From assembly GCA_030141605.1 (NCBI GenBank), contig JAQGDQ010000048.1:1-64000 (forward strand): a stretch of DNA of 64,000 bases. Reading direction: 5' to 3'. Positions 11,699 to 26,399 of this stretch are shown one piece after another. A program made the translations under genes and the position numbers. Within the stretch, counting starts at the first letter, position 1. Every line of letters starts with the position of its first letter. A model generated the notes under the pieces. It was not told where the DNA came from, ran no database searches, and was given only the letters and a program-made list of their open reading frames with translations. The stretch comes from Tubiluchus corallicola. Its lineage: Eukaryota > Animalia > Priapulida.

Positions 11699-14600
11699 AT
11701 GCCTAAAGCAAAGAAGAAATCTAAGAAAATAGCTTCAGTGGAGAGCTTTCTAGTGGCTCCTACCACGCCCAAGTTTAAGTTGACGCCAGCATAGACAGAT
11801 GTGTGTTCTGACGATGACACAGATTCTGAACATGATGATGGCAAGATTTCCAGGAAGATCAGGATAGTAACAACATAGTGGATGAGACGAGATTTTACCA
11901 AACAGTTGGAAACCATCTCGACTGACCTGAGTTCCATAAGAAGTGCGATTAGCTAAATGACAAATACGCAGATATTGTCAAACAGCTAAAAAAGAGTGAA
12001 CAGGCAAATATTGTTTTGAGAAAGGCTGTACATGACCTCGAGTCTAAACTAGTGGAAAAAGAATCCGAGATTGATGCTCTAGAACAGTATATGAGAAGAG
12101 ATAATATACTCATAACTGGATTACCAGTCTTACCAGATGAAAACACTGCAGAGCTGGATATCCAAGTTGCAGGAAAAATGAACAATAGTCTTGATGAAAA
12201 TGATATCAGCATTACGCATAGGATTCCAATCCAAAAAGGAACTCCCCCTGTTTTTGTCAAGTTCACGAGACGTATCACAAGAGACTTGGTGTACAAGGGG
12301 AGAACAAATACCCCACACTAAAGGATCTAGGATACAATGGTAACGGCAGAGTTTACGTTAATGAACATTTAACAAAGAACAGGAAAATTTTATTCAACAA
12401 ATGCCTAGAAGCGAAACGAAATAATCATTTCAAGTTCTTATGGACAAACCAAGGGCAAATTTACATAAGAAAAGCTGAAAATACTAAAGCTGTGAGAGTG
12501 AATTCTGTGAGATGTATAATCAATGATAAGCTAGCCAACAAAATTCCGTAATATCAAATAGGTGCGTATTCTTATAAACCTATTGTATTTTTGTATTGTA
12601 GCTTTGACTATTGTATTTTTTATTTATCTCCTTAATTACTTAACTTCATATTCAAATATTGCTATTAATGATCCGTTTCCTTGTTCTGTCTGCACTAAAC
12701 AATGTAAAGCAGACCAGTGTTTTATACTGTGTAATTGCTGCAATCTTTGGTCACATTATAAGTGTTCGTGTTTGACTACGGAACACTTTTTACAACTAGG
12801 TTCTAGCAATGACCCCTATTACTGTATTTCATGTTCAAAGTCTATTTTCCCTTTTCAGGGCTGCGAAAATGATGAAATTGATGATTTGTTTTCTGTGACT
12901 TCTCCTTTAACTAACTCTCTGTCACTGTATTGTCTGTCTGAGTGCTCTTCGCCATCAACTAACAGGTGGGATTCAAATAACCCAGATAATTATGGGAAAA
13001 ACTACGATAGTAAGTATGTTAATCAAATAATCTTAAATCAACTACTAATCATAACAAAAATACTTCTGGTTTACTAATAGTTCACTTTAATGTAAGTAGC
13101 TTGCAAAAACATTTTGGTAACATGACTGACGTCCTCAGCATTTTACCTCAGCCGCCTGAAATCATTGCCGTCTCTGAGACTAGGTTGAAAGATAATTCAG
13201 CATTTATGTGTTACTTTAACAACAACGTTTTTTAAGTCTTAACTCTAAATCCAATGCTGGTGTATCGGTGTCTATATTAGAGATAATTTAAACTACTCTA
13301 TAAATAATTCATATAAAATTGTGACTGAAAAAGAAATAACCAAAGTAAAAACAGGCAGGGCAAAGTATTAAAAAAAATCTCAAAAATTAATTTATAAGAT
13401 CTCTGGATCCACGTATCAACATTAAATAATTCAAAGAGTATATTATTTGGCCTTATATATAGACATCCAAATACACCTGTTACATATCCAACGGTCTGGT
13501 AGTATAGCTTACATATGTGGTGACATTAATTTAAATTTATTACTGTTCGAGAGCATACCATATATTTCTAATTACTTAAATGTAATATTTTCTACTCAAT
13601 TTGTTCCTCTAATTACAAGACCAACAAAAATATCAAAAAAACTCTAGTGCTAATGATCTGATTAACCCTATTGTATTGGGTATAATAACTTACGAAGTGG
13701 CTGACCACTTGCCTATTTTCGCAATTGTCAAAAATACTAATCTGACTAAATAGAAAACTGAAATTACAATTAGAGATAAAACTAACTTTAATTCCTCTGC
13801 CTTTTTAAATGAACTGCACACACAGATTAATACTATTGATTGTTCTTACTCATCTACTAATGAGGCTTTTGATCAGTTTTTTCAAACATTCAATCTAGTT
13901 CTCAATACTCGTGTGCCTCTAACAGCAGGCATACTGAAACTACTATTAAAACTAGATGCCAATATATTTAATATACTGTTTAATATATTTTTATATATTA
14001 ATATTAAATATAATATATTTCAAAACTCTAACAATGTTTATAATAGAAATAAATACCAAGTTCATTCGAACAAACTCAACCATATAAAATGCTTAGCAAA
14101 AAAAGCTACTATCAAGAAATCTTGCAAAATAGTAAAAATAATATAAAGAAACTTTGGTCCACCATAAAATGCTAAATTGCATCAACACATAACAGCAAAA
14201 AAGGTATACAAAGATGGCATTCCCTCAAGTGATATAACTGATATCTGTCAAGTCATGAACACTTTTTTTGCTTCCATTGGTCCTGGTATGGCATCTATAA
14301 TACAGCCCACACAACTGTCATTTCAGTCTTTTCTAGGATGTCCGTTGCCAAATTCGTTTTTCTTAACACACATTATTGAAGTTGAAGTAAATACAGCAAT
14401 TAATAATTTAAATCAGAACAAAGCCTCTGGTCATGAAAATATTCCTATATCATTTTACAAATCAACTGGTCTCGTCTGACCTAACTAAATTGTTTAACAA
14501 GGCTATTATTGAAGGTACTTTCCCTAACTGTTTAATGATAGCTAAAATTATTCCTATTTATAATGGCGACTCCCCTGATAACCCCACTAACTATAGACCA

Positions 14601-17245
14601 ATATCTTTACTTTCACCTAACTCCGAAATTTTTGAAAAATTGCTTTATGACAGACTAATAAAATTTATAAACGACAACAGAATTCTCTCTAGATTACAGT
14701 TTGGGTTTCACAAAAGATACTGCATAGCTATAGCTGAACTTATAGAAAATCTGTTACTAAATGCGGATCATAATAAGTGCACCTGTGCCATATTTTTAGA
14801 TTTATCAAAGGCCTTTGATACTGTAGAACATGATATTTTATTAGCCAAACTTGAACACTATGGTATCAGAGGCCTGCCTCTTCAATTGCTGCAGTTATAT
14901 TTACACAATCGAAAACAATATACATCTATCACGAATAAAAACTCAGATCTGGTAAATGTACAGTGTGGTGTTCCACAAGGCTCAACTCTTGGTCCCCTGT
15001 TTTTACTCTACATAAATGATCTACATAACTCAATTACATACTAGACTTTTTGCTGATGATACTAACTTTTTCATTGCTTATACTAACATAAATCACCTAG
15101 AAGAATTTCTTAATGTTGAATTAGATAAAGTAGATCTAGACATGAGAGCCAACTAGCTCTCTATAAACTATTCCAAAACTAAATATATTATTATTGGTAA
15201 TCCCAGAAAAGTAAAAAAATTGACATTAAATTTGACAATGGGAAACAAAAGGATACAATCTGTTCAACAAATAAAATATCTAGGAGTATTAATAGATCAC
15301 AATCTTTCATAGACAGCACATATACAACATATTGTTAATAAAACAAGTAAAATTGTATGTATTTTTTCAAAAATTAGGCAATTCCTGATTATGATTCGAA
15401 AAAATTTCTATATTCTTCCCTATTTTCACCATATTTAGAATACAGCATACTTACATATGGCACAGCACCCCGTTCCACATTCCCCTAATTACTAATCAAA
15501 ATAAATTTATAAAGCTTTGGACAAATACAAATAGAAGAGCCCATGTTACACCATTACACTACCAGCATAAAATCTTAAAACTTCAGGACATATATAAATT
15601 AGAGTTGGCCAAATTTTTATGTAGATTTAAACGTAATATGCTTCTAGAAATTTTTCAGAATTACTATAAATCAGTAGGCCAGATGCACGAGTATCATACA
15701 CGATTTGCCACTAACCAAACTTTCTATGTACAAGGATTTATTACTAAAAAAGTGCAAAAATCTCTGTCTTATCAAGTTGCTTTGTTGTGGAACAGTCTGC
15801 CTAATGAACTAAAAATGGCACCTTTAGCTATTTGATAATTGTTGTGGAGATCTGGAATATTCTATAGTATAGTAGAACAATCTTCTGACCTTGTAGAAGA
15901 TTCGAGAACTTTCTATAAACGATGTGCATAGTAGTTTCTAGATTGTTCATTTGCTCTGATATATAAGGCGGAGCTGGCCGCTTAACATTATTCTCGTATT
16001 CTCAGATATGCTTTCTCGCTTTCATGTTAACAGATTATAACTTCTCTGGAAATATTTTGCATTCCTTCTTACTTTTGTGTTGTAGAATTGTCACATAATA
16101 AACTAGCTTAAGCTGAGGACGTGTTTTCTGGTTTTCTCTACGAGTATTCCGAGAGAAAAAACACAACAATAATTAACTATAAATCCATCCTTATTTTTAA
16201 TTATCATGTGTGACTTTTCTGCTAAGATCTATTTCTAATAAATCATCTCTGTTAGTTTTAATGTATTCCCCTTGTAGTAATCTATTAACTATAATTATAT
16301 TGTCATAGTACATCTTTTCATCAAAGTGTAAAATTGTTATTATTATATTTCGCAACTATGAAAAGGGAAGGTAACCACACAATACAATAGGTCGAAGTAT
16401 GATTGAAATAGGTCTTAAATAATCTTCAAAGAAATACAACAGTCACAACAGTTTTTTCCTCATACATAATTTTTTATAATTTTGCCTGCTCCACTTGTGT
16501 TTTTGCTTGCATATTATGCTTTTCTCACTACATATATATTCACTTTATTATAATTATTTTGCTCATTGTTTCACAGTTATCACTAAATTTTACTATATTT
16601 TTTGAGCCATATTGTCTATTTAGTCACATACTCATATTTCATTACAAATTTTGTTTACTCCATTTTCCTGTACTAGTACTTGTGTTCCATTAGTCTTTGG
16701 CATTATGCTTAACATAATTTGACTAAACACTATTGCATATTTTTGTTTCATTATAATTGTTTTGATTTTATCATGCATATTTTGTTTCCTTCACTGATTC
16801 ATTATTTATGTTTGATTTTTTCTTTTGGTTTGACTTTTTTCTAGTTTGTTTTATGTTTTACTCAGTTAGTTAAATGCTTTACGTATTTTGATGATCATCA
16901 TTTCATATTTTTCATTTTATTTTAATGCTTCTTTGCTGCATAGCCTATTTAGTTATTTTGCTTTCAAGTTTAATTTCTTCCCCTATAAATTTATGTTAAC
17001 AGTTGATTTTCTTAACCTACTTCATAATTATATTACACATTTCTATTATAAATTTTTTACAATTTACACTAACCTGAGAAGGGTAGCTGACTTGTTCACC
17101 AATTGGTCTTTCGCTACCCTTTCTCCAGCACCCCTAACTCTTTCCTTTTCCTCCCTCTGCATAACTTATCCTTTTTAATTAATAACTGTAGCAATAATAG
17201 TCTACCTGTATTCTAGTGTAAACGAGGAGATAAATAAAACGTCTA
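11699..17245 (+). mobile_element. Near full-length decayed CR1-type LINE: ORF1, PHD finger, APE endonuclease, RT, long 3' UTR, (ATGTCT)n tail
   Basis: ORF1 remnant from ATG 11699 (LEQYMRRDNILITGLP, FLWTNQG); PHD CxxC..CxxC..HxxC..CxxC at ~12680-12835; APE motifs (SETRL, ICGDIN, DHLPIF); RT motifs YRPISLL, FLDLSKAFDTV, GVPQGSTLGP, FADDT; many stops and frameshifts. Confidence 0.92.
15840..16168 (+). mobile_element. Solo LTR copy 2, nested at the end of the CR1 ORF2
   Basis: TGTTGTG...CACAACA, exact 5-bp TSD ATAAT (15835-15839 and 16169-16173); homologous to 120-497. Confidence 0.87.
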
Positions 17246-17615
17246 TGTCTATGTAGCGGGTCGTGGCTTTCAAAGCTGCAACAACACCAACAACTTAGCA
17301 ATGGTTTAGGGATCCTGAAATTCGTTTCCGATCCTAAAATAGCCTGTTGCCATATCTCAATCTGAACCTGTTGCGTAGCTTCTACAATGTGGGGGTGTCG
17401 TGCATTGATAGTTATCAACGATGATTGCACCGGCCGTTCATACACGATTCAATGATCTAAGATCGTTCGTATTGCTAGTCCCAAATTCCTTGAATTCTTT
17501 GATTCTATCTAATCTCGGATTCTAGCGTTATGTAGACTACCACAGGTTGACTTATTAGTTATTTTACTATTTTATCAACAGAAGCTCTCCTTCTGTTTTA
17601 CCAACAGAATGGTTG

Positions 17616-18266
17616 TAGTAAGTCCTCGCTTAAGGGCTCCCCGTTTAGCCACATTTCGTTTACACAATTTTTCACTTTACTCAGCGGTTTCTTATTTTAT
17701 CAATAACTTTGTTACCTAATTTGAAGCAATAAAACAGTACTTTTTGCGTTATTCTGTTCTAAAAACGCACTAATGACGCAAAACAGTACATTTATGTTTT
17801 TACTTCCCAACTGACTGCTAAAATTTAATGTTAGCTCTTTGTATCAAGCAAGATTTATTTGCAGTTCATTTGCGGAACCATTATGAATCTGTGTGCAAGT
17901 TTTTTGCAAAGGAATATTACCTTCAACCTGTTGCTATAGCAACCAGTTTTTAGTTGAAATTGTTGCAATGCAGTGTTTAAGCCCTAACTGCATAGGGCTT
18001 TGAACAACATTAATGAAATCACTTGCTAAGTAGTGGTAAAAAAGATAGGTGGATTGCAAACAAAAGAAATTCATCAGTAGAAGTATAAGTAAACTCATAA
18101 AATATTTAATTTGTATGTATTAATTAGCATTGACTTTTGTTGCCTGTAGACTTATCTCAGTTCTTTTAAATTATTTTCTATGGAAGTCTTGGCTTCTTTT
18201 AACGAGGTTTCGCATTTCACTTAGCGTCGTTGGAATGCATTAGCGTCTTTAAGCGAGGACTTGCTG
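17616..18266. mobile_element. Tc1/mariner-pogo-type MITE
   Basis: TIRs AGTAAGTCCTCGCTTAA / TTAAGCGAGGACTTGCTG followed by TA. Confidence 0.7.
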
Positions 18267-19019
18267 TATTTTAAAATTTCCTCATCTTTCACTTTAAGGT
18301 TTTTTTTGCACATCAAGGCTATCCACATGTGAAGGACAACTGGATGCAACTATATAAGAAGAGTGTAGCCAAAAGGTAACTAAGTAACTAAAAGTTTTTG
18401 GCCTGACAAAAAAGTAACATTAGACAAAAGTGCATAACTGTGCTGCACATGTGCTCTGCAATAATATTTCCAAAAGAATGCTGCAGTATGCACTCAGATT
18501 CAGAATTACAAACTATCTTCAAGTGAAGAAAGTGAAAGAAGCTTTGCACTGTGATGTTTACAAAGTAAATTAAATTTAAGTTATTGCATAATCACTTTGC
18601 AAACTGAATATAAACTGAATGTTGATTTAATCAGCTGTAATTGAATCAGTGATGTTGTTACTAAATTTTAGAAGGAACACTCAGTTTTACAAGAACAAGA
18701 TTTCTCACGACCGGCCAATGAACTACGAGGCTATGATTCCAAACTTTTCTTTGAATATAGTCGAGCCAACATCCATTCCCTTTTTTTTGCTTCGTTCTCA
18801 GCTGATACTGTCCTGTTTAATGGTAAAAGCATGATCTATTGATGAATTTAAAATGAGTACGAGAAGGGTGCGTATACCAGTTGAACTCTAGGTCCTGATT
18901 TCATTGTAAAGAAGATGTAAAGTGTTAAAAAAGTTTCTTTTACAGTTTGTGGTTGTTGGTCTAACTTGATCATTGATGTCCTTTGGTGTGCATCAGTTAG
19001 GAAACTATTTGAGGAACCT

Positions 19020-19131
19020 ATGCTAAAAGATATGGCAGATGCAAAACAAAGTGGTAGTGATGCTAATATTTCAGAATGGAATTGTTCTGATCCAAATGCT
19101 CCTATTCCCAAAACCAAGGATTTGTTTCGAG
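19020..19131 (+). CDS. OSTalpha-like, probable first coding exon
   Basis: MLKDMADAKQSGSDANISEWNCSDPNAPIPKTKDLFR; NCS..P..LF pattern of OSTalpha N-termini; phase-1 donor matches the acceptor at 22258; donor is weak (GTTCTT) and the start Met is uncertain. Confidence 0.6.
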
Positions 19132-20689
19132 GTTCTTATTTTTGAACTCATAACTTGACTATAATCATAGGCTAATCGATTAATGAAGAAAATATATTTG
19201 TTGGATATTTTTTATTTAATTTGGTAATTTTGTAATACTGGATGAATACTAACTTGTATTAACTTTTCGTAATAGGTCTAATAGATGAAAAATAAATTAA
19301 TTCTAATTCTGTCATTTTTGCTTAATTACTTCTGAAATGTAATGTTACTACAAATATACAATGCTGCTTCCCAGATGATTTTTTTCACTTTTTGTAGTGT
19401 GAAAGATGGGTAATTCTCTTTTTGACAAAGAGAGGGGATGTTTGTATCTCACTGCAATTGCATTTTGTGGGAAATTAAATTGAAGTGAAGTAACGGTTAG
19501 AAGTAAAAATCTGGAGAAATAGTTAAGTCTGGAAAAAGGGAGGTTACCGCTTAAATGGGGAGTTTCTCGACCAGGTCGTAGGAGTTGGGTGACTTACTTT
19601 TAATCCAGGCTAAATATAATTTTCATGAAATTTAGCCAGAAATGTTAATTGTTACGTTATATTAATAATTACTGTGCATGTATTAACCCAGAAAGTTGTA
19701 GCTCGCAACTTGCAACGTGATTTGATTCATGGGAATAGGCACATTATTGTTCATATTGCCTAATGGAACACCATATAGTACTACTTGATAAGTAAATTGA
19801 TTATCTCCTTACTTGATATATTCCAAAATTATTTTTGGCATAGTTTGTGTACACCGAGTGAGAAAAATTCTGATTCAGTATGTCAGTATCATTTTGCTGC
19901 ATACACACATGCATTGTTAAATGTGCTAGAGATACCAGTGACATCACACCCAAATAAAACTAATACAGCTTATTTTGCCTGTACAAAGCTTTTCGCTAGT
20001 TTCTAAATTTGATATGGTTATCAGCAATGTCTAAACCACATTTTTGACTCTTAGCCACTACCTGCTTTAATTTATTGTACGCTGGCTTCGGCTTATGTTG
20101 TAGGCTTAACCAGTTTTCAGGTTTTTGGCATACTCGTTCTAGTTGACAAAATAATGATATTAAGACCAAATATGTATGCCTGCATAACAAAATAGTCCAT
20201 AAGTCAGCAATTAAGTTTTTTTTGTTATTCATGCATCCTGAATCTCCATTTCATGAGGATGGTTTTTGATACCAAGCTCATCGCTCTTGGTATTTTATTT
20301 CTAAGCTGAGATAATTCACATTGAAGTTGAGGTGCAGGCTATGCACTGAAAAACGTAACCTTGAGAAAATCGCTTTTAAAGTTACCCATTGTTTTTTGAT
20401 GCTTTTCTACAAAACACTTAGCAACTGCGCAAATATTCGGTTGCTACAGACATTGCAAGAACACTTTAAAGTTATGTTTAAATCCAGTAGATGGCCCTTC
20501 TTGATGAAAATCTGGGATTGGCAGTAAAAAAACATGAATTAAAATGACTGCTTCCACTGGCTTCTTTGGAGTTTGAAAATACAAGTTTTTTACTATTGCA
20601 TTACTAGTTTCTAGCCAGAAAAGTGAATATGGGGCTATAAACTTAAAGTTTTAGTATTTGTTTAACATTTTCTTGATGATTTGAAGCTA

Positions 20690-21582
20690 CAATAGTCGCT
20701 GCTTAATAGACTCACTTTGGGACCGACGTGTTTTGACCCAATCAACCAATTGAACCTATTAACCGATGGGTATAGTATTACTGCTATAGAAGTATGAGTC
20801 ACAGCTTGCTATGCACTGCAAAGGCTTTTAAACAATTTTAGAAAATTAGAAAAAAATATTTTGTAATATTAATTTATATAAGTGAATTAACAATAAATTA
20901 AAAAGTATACTTTTCTAAATCACACAAGTCTGTTTATTTGCAAAAAATACAAAAATTCCTTGAAAGTTGGCTGGTTCATTTTCTCGCGAAGAAGTTACTT
21001 GACAAAGTTCTCGTAATTATAAAAACGTTTAAAATCTGTTGCTGTGGAAGTTTATCGTACTGCTGTAAAATTTTCAGTTTCTCCTTAACTGTTAGATCTT
21101 TACGCTTATGCTCCATTTTTCAAGCTTCTTAACTCTATGCCCTTATTTGCTGTATGATGTTTACTTTTGTGAATCACAAGGAATACTGGCTGATCTTTGA
21201 CTATTAACTCATTAAGCCTGAAAGCGTGATTTCAACTAGAGCATCAAAAGGAAACCGATAGGCAAGTGATTAAATGGTTAGCTTCCAGGAAATCTTTGGG
21301 TAACAGTGGCGAGCGGGTAACAGATTCAAAGCAAAACTGGTATGCTAGCATATTAGTGCATGGTACTTGTTTGCAAACAAAACGATACTTAACATGATTG
21401 TTTACATTGGGCACATACACATGTCTTATTTTAACTATGTGAAGGAAAAATATTGAGTCAATTAAGCAAAGTTATTTGAGTCAATTACCAATGTTTTTTA
21501 TGTATATTTGAATAGAAGCGGCCCGTTCCAGGCGTTTTTGAGTTAATTTTAGGCGATTGAGTCTATTAAGCGGCGACTACTG
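20690..21582. mobile_element. pogo/Tigger-like non-autonomous DNA transposon, copy 1
   Basis: TIRs CA(A/G)TAGTCGC(T/C)GCTTAATAGACTC, TA TSD; homologous to 27393-28370. Confidence 0.85.
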
Positions 21583-22257
21583 TAGTATATAAAAGTCCAA
21601 TATGTTTAGCATTTGTTTTTATTAAAAAAATTGACATTTGGTGAAAAATTTTGGTGCATTCTAGTTTGAAGCATTGTTACGTAAGTTGAAGTATGCCGAT
21701 TTATGGGTGTTTTGGTTTGCAAGCACACATATAATATTTTGAACGAAATCTAAAACTCTTGAGATTATTTCTTGTAATGTTTAATAACACTGAGCAAACT
21801 GTTGGTACTTTATGGTTTTTGCTTTTTCTACAACACACCATAACGTCCAAAAGTAATTCATCTATAGGAAACTCTTAAAGAATAACCAAAAAGGACGCTT
21901 AACTTATTAAATTTTGACTTTATGTCCAGTTATTTTCCTGATTTCAAAAGAATTTCAGTAAACTTCTAATTATGTGCACAAAGGTGTTAGTGGTTTTGTA
22001 AGTTGAAGCTAAACTGCTAGAAATAGTATAAGAGTTTACACTGGTTTTGCTGAAATCAATTATTGTTGTTAAAACTATTTAAGTCAGTAGTTAGTTAAAG
22101 CATTTTTTTTCTATTAAGACCAGTCATTTTATGTGTACTAGTATTTTGTTGATTTGCATCATATATGCACTGATGCAATTTGGTAAAATCTGCTTAGTTA
22201 TATCAATTGTATTTTTCTTCAGATTTGGTGTCAAAATGCAGTTGACATTTTTTGCAG

Positions 22258-22424
22258 ACATTCCACCGGAGCGGATGAAAGTTGTAATACCAATACTTTC
22301 AATTCTGGCACTCATGGTTTTGATAATGTTTTTGATATTTATTGGTCACGTTCGCCATATATGGACCAATACATCTTGTAAGGCTCGTCGCCTGCGTTTA
22401 GTTATATTAACTGGCACATATCCA
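22258..22424 (+). CDS. OSTalpha-like exon 2 (TM1)
   Basis: tttttgcag acceptor, IPPERMKVVIPILSILALMVLIMFLIFIGH...ILTGTYP|gtaagt. Confidence 0.85.
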
Positions 22425-23105
22425 GTAAGTACTTTTTAGTTGTCAAAGATGTTTAGTCGTCAAAGATTTTAACGGCTGATAACTTATCAGAATCTACTAT
22501 GCAGTGAAACAGACTTACCATAATTTTATGGATTTGATATGTAAGCGTTGGGCACTATTTTTGAAATTTTTCACATGATTCCTCTTAAGAGTTAGACAAA
22601 CAACTTGACAATACAGGGAACTGTTGACTGTGCTAGTCTATCACTGCAAGCAAAAAGTACACAAAAACGATATAGCGTGTACCTTATCTAAGTTAGTTAT
22701 CTTCCTTGTAACGATCACCAAACCCAAATCACTTCACCATTGTAAAGATATTTAAGTGTTGTGTTCACATTATCATTTTTCTGAATCTGTCTCGCAGCAT
22801 AAGTAGTCATCAGAACAGTTGGAGAAAGAAACAGTAAATGACGAATGCTATTATAATAAATTTGCTATCTAACATTTTTTTTGAAAGTAAGAAAGGCCTT
22901 ATTGGTACAAAAATGCTTTTTCATTTCAGTAAATGGTGAAACTAGAGTGAACAGTTGGGACCGGTGAAATTCACGGGTCACTTGTGGGAAACCTCGTTTT
23001 TTTCCTGACTATAGTAAATGATGTCTGGCATATTTTGAGGAATATTTTGTGTGCAGTGAGTTTAGTTTGTGTTTGTGACATCATTATTTATTGATTTGTT
23101 TGTAG

Positions 23106-23179
23106 ATGTTCGGAGTTGCAGCACTAACAGGCATGGTTGTTCCTAGAGCAGAACTTTTGGTTGATTTTGTTGCTGCCAC
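23106..23179 (+). CDS. OSTalpha-like exon 3
   Basis: tgtag|MFGVAALTGMVVPRAELLVDFVAA|gtaagt; conserved xPR motif; phase consistent. Confidence 0.85.
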
Positions 23180-23757
23180 GTAAGTTTGCAAACTTTAAGA
23201 TTTATTATGCCACATTATGATTAGTTTAATGAGTGAGTGACATGTTTACATCCGTCATACATACATTTACAGTCATTTTTACATTTGTATGTACGACAAA
23301 AATCACCATAATTAGTTTAATAGCTAATCACTTGTGAGTGAGTGTTTATGTCAAATTAAACTAAAACTCAGTATTTAAACTGTTTACAAGTATGAAAGCT
23401 CATTTAACTTTGACAAGTTTCGTATTTGTTAATATTTGTGTATTTAATCTTTGTCATAACAGTATGTCGAAGTATGCCATAACAGTATGCCAAAAACAAC
23501 AATCATATTACACTTCTCTTTGTCACTGCTTTGACAACATGCTGTTTTTCTTGTACTTCTGTTTAGTTAAACTGCAAGCTGTACAAGCAATCACATCACA
23601 CTTATTCAAAATACAGTTACTTTGCTTGCGTTTTTACAACAGTTTTGTCAGAAACCTTCAAAAAGACTTCAAGTTACATTTTTGTTACATGAACATACAC
23701 TATCTCTGAAATATTTTACGTTTTTGTCAACATTTGTGAACTGCTAATTCTTTGCAG

Positions 23758-23916
23758 GTATTTATCATTTGCATTGTTTCAATTGTTTTTCCTGGTTGTT
23801 GGCTATTTTGGCGGCGAGCATAGACTTCAGGAAACTCTTTCAAAGGAGCCTGTACGAGTGAATCGTATGCCGCTAGCATGTTGCTGCCCCTGTTTACCAA
23901 GAATTCATTTTACTTG
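23758..23916 (+). CDS. OSTalpha-like exon 4 (Cys-rich motif)
   Basis: YLSFALFQLFFLVVGYFGG...PLACCCPCLP, the hallmark SLC51A YFGG and polycysteine motif. Confidence 0.9.
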
Positions 23917-24377
23917 GTAGGTACTAGTTTAGTAGTGTAACCCAGTTACTTCTTTTTAATATTTTATAAGATTGTCATGGTCTCGAGATAAAGCCTTCAT
24001 TAGTGCTTTTGCTTCAAGAGTTGCTAACTGAAATACTTCAGGGAATGTTTTATAAGATATCTTTAGTGTAAACACTTCCAATATGATTTTCTTTAAAAGC
24101 TTGGGCATAGATACTTATTTTATGATGTGCAAACAAGAGTATAATAAATCATTAAAAATTATTACAGAGAATTCATCAGACCATTACATAGAACTACATT
24201 TATTTATTACAACACTACAAATTATAACATTAAATTCAGTAAGTATGCAATCTCATCTGCCAACACAATCATATATCAAGCGCCGCCACCAACCATAAAA
24301 TGTACCAAACATTTAAAGGTCATATGATAAAGGCCATAGTGCTTATATCTGGTTTATATATGTATATACATATAGAG

Positions 24378-24437
<60 letters not shown>

Positions 24438-24445
24438 ATGTGTGT
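24378..24445. repeat. (TG)n/(TGCG)n microsatellite
   Basis: Direct inspection. Confidence 0.95.
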
Positions 24446-24597
24446 AGTGCGTGCAGGTTGTTCATAACTTGTCATATGTATAACAATTAAGATTCGTCAT
24501 CACACTGTTATGCTACAAAGGAAACAACAATTAGAGCATTAAACATTTTGAAAATGTGTTAAATATAAAACATAGACATCTTAAGAACAGTCTAAAG

Positions 24598-25262
<665 letters not shown>

Positions 25263-26290
25263 GTCTAAAGTAACATTGTGTGACTTTTGGTTAATTGTCT
25301 ATTGTTCGAATGCATATGCACATTTTTAAGCTTTTAAGCTAGACTAGTTTTTTTATTTGCAGTGTAGGATCTTCATGTTGATTTAGTCAACAAATTATGT
25401 AGAATTTTACTCATCTTGAACTATCATATCTGATAAGCTATGGCAAATATTAAACAGCATGCATACTTTGTTAATGATTTAAACTAGGCATCTTTTTTGT
25501 ATTGTCCTTACTATGCTCTAAGAATATAATATAATCTCTTAAGGGAGTGTATTGAACTATGAAAGCAAAATAATAGCTTTTGTTTTGAAAATACTGTTGT
25601 TATTTGCTCATTTTGATATTGGGATGACTTTCATGACCACAGCAGCCTGAAACTGTCACCATTTTACTGGCTTAGCAAAACCTTGGCACTATCTTCCACA
25701 TGGCATATAAGCATGGTGTACAAAAATGTGAAAGGTGAAACCCTCTTAATGGTTTACGCATTTATAGTAACTGAAAAGTTTTGGGATCTTTAAATTCATA
25801 TGCTGATGTAGTGTGCAACAATGGCTTTTGGTCTTACTTGTAATAAGTAAGTCTTTTTTGCTCAAAAAAACTAAAACAGTAGGACAAAAATTCATCAAGA
25901 AAATGGTTGCTTTATCATGTGTGCTTCCTACGGTTTACTCAAATTTTGAATCAATTGTAATCAGTTACTAAAGATTGAATTAAAGTTCATACTGTCTGTC
26001 TATTGCCGATTACATTTCTGTAAGTTGTGAAACCAGGCTAAGTTGTAATATAATACCACATTATGCTTAATGCAAGAATGTAGAATTCTATGCAGAAGTT
26101 AGAGGCATGTAATTTTTAAACTTTCTGTCACCTGGCAATTTGCATAGTAATAGCAGACACACTGGCAGTTTAACAATGCTTACTAGTTTTATTGGTGATG
26201 TAATCAAGCCACTATATCTTGGTATATGTAATTAGGTGATTTCAAGTCTGTGCTATTAGTGTATAATTTGTGCATTATTCTTTTGTACAG

Positions 26291-26399
26291 GCGAAAATAT
26301 ATGATATTCAAGACAGGTATTCTGCAGATTGTTTTAACACGGCCAGTCGTCATGTTCATCAGTGCGGTTTTGTTAATTAATGGCAGTTTCTTCACATCA
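26291..26399 (+). CDS. OSTalpha-like exon 5
   Basis: RKYMIFKTGILQIVLTRPVVMFISAVLLING; conserved LQxxxxRP; AG/GT and phase fit. Confidence 0.88.

Noticed and set aside
12620-12680. 2A-like ribosomal skipping peptide before the LINE PHD finger
   Set aside because: Sequence reads SNIAINDPFP and lacks the DxExNPGP core
14433-15300. RT as part of a retron, DGR or defence system
   Set aside because: Eukaryotic LINE architecture (ORF1-APE-RT-tail) with disabling mutations
120-16168. One giant LTR element enclosing MRPL4
   Set aside because: Each LTR has its own distinct TSD pair, so they are independent solo LTRs
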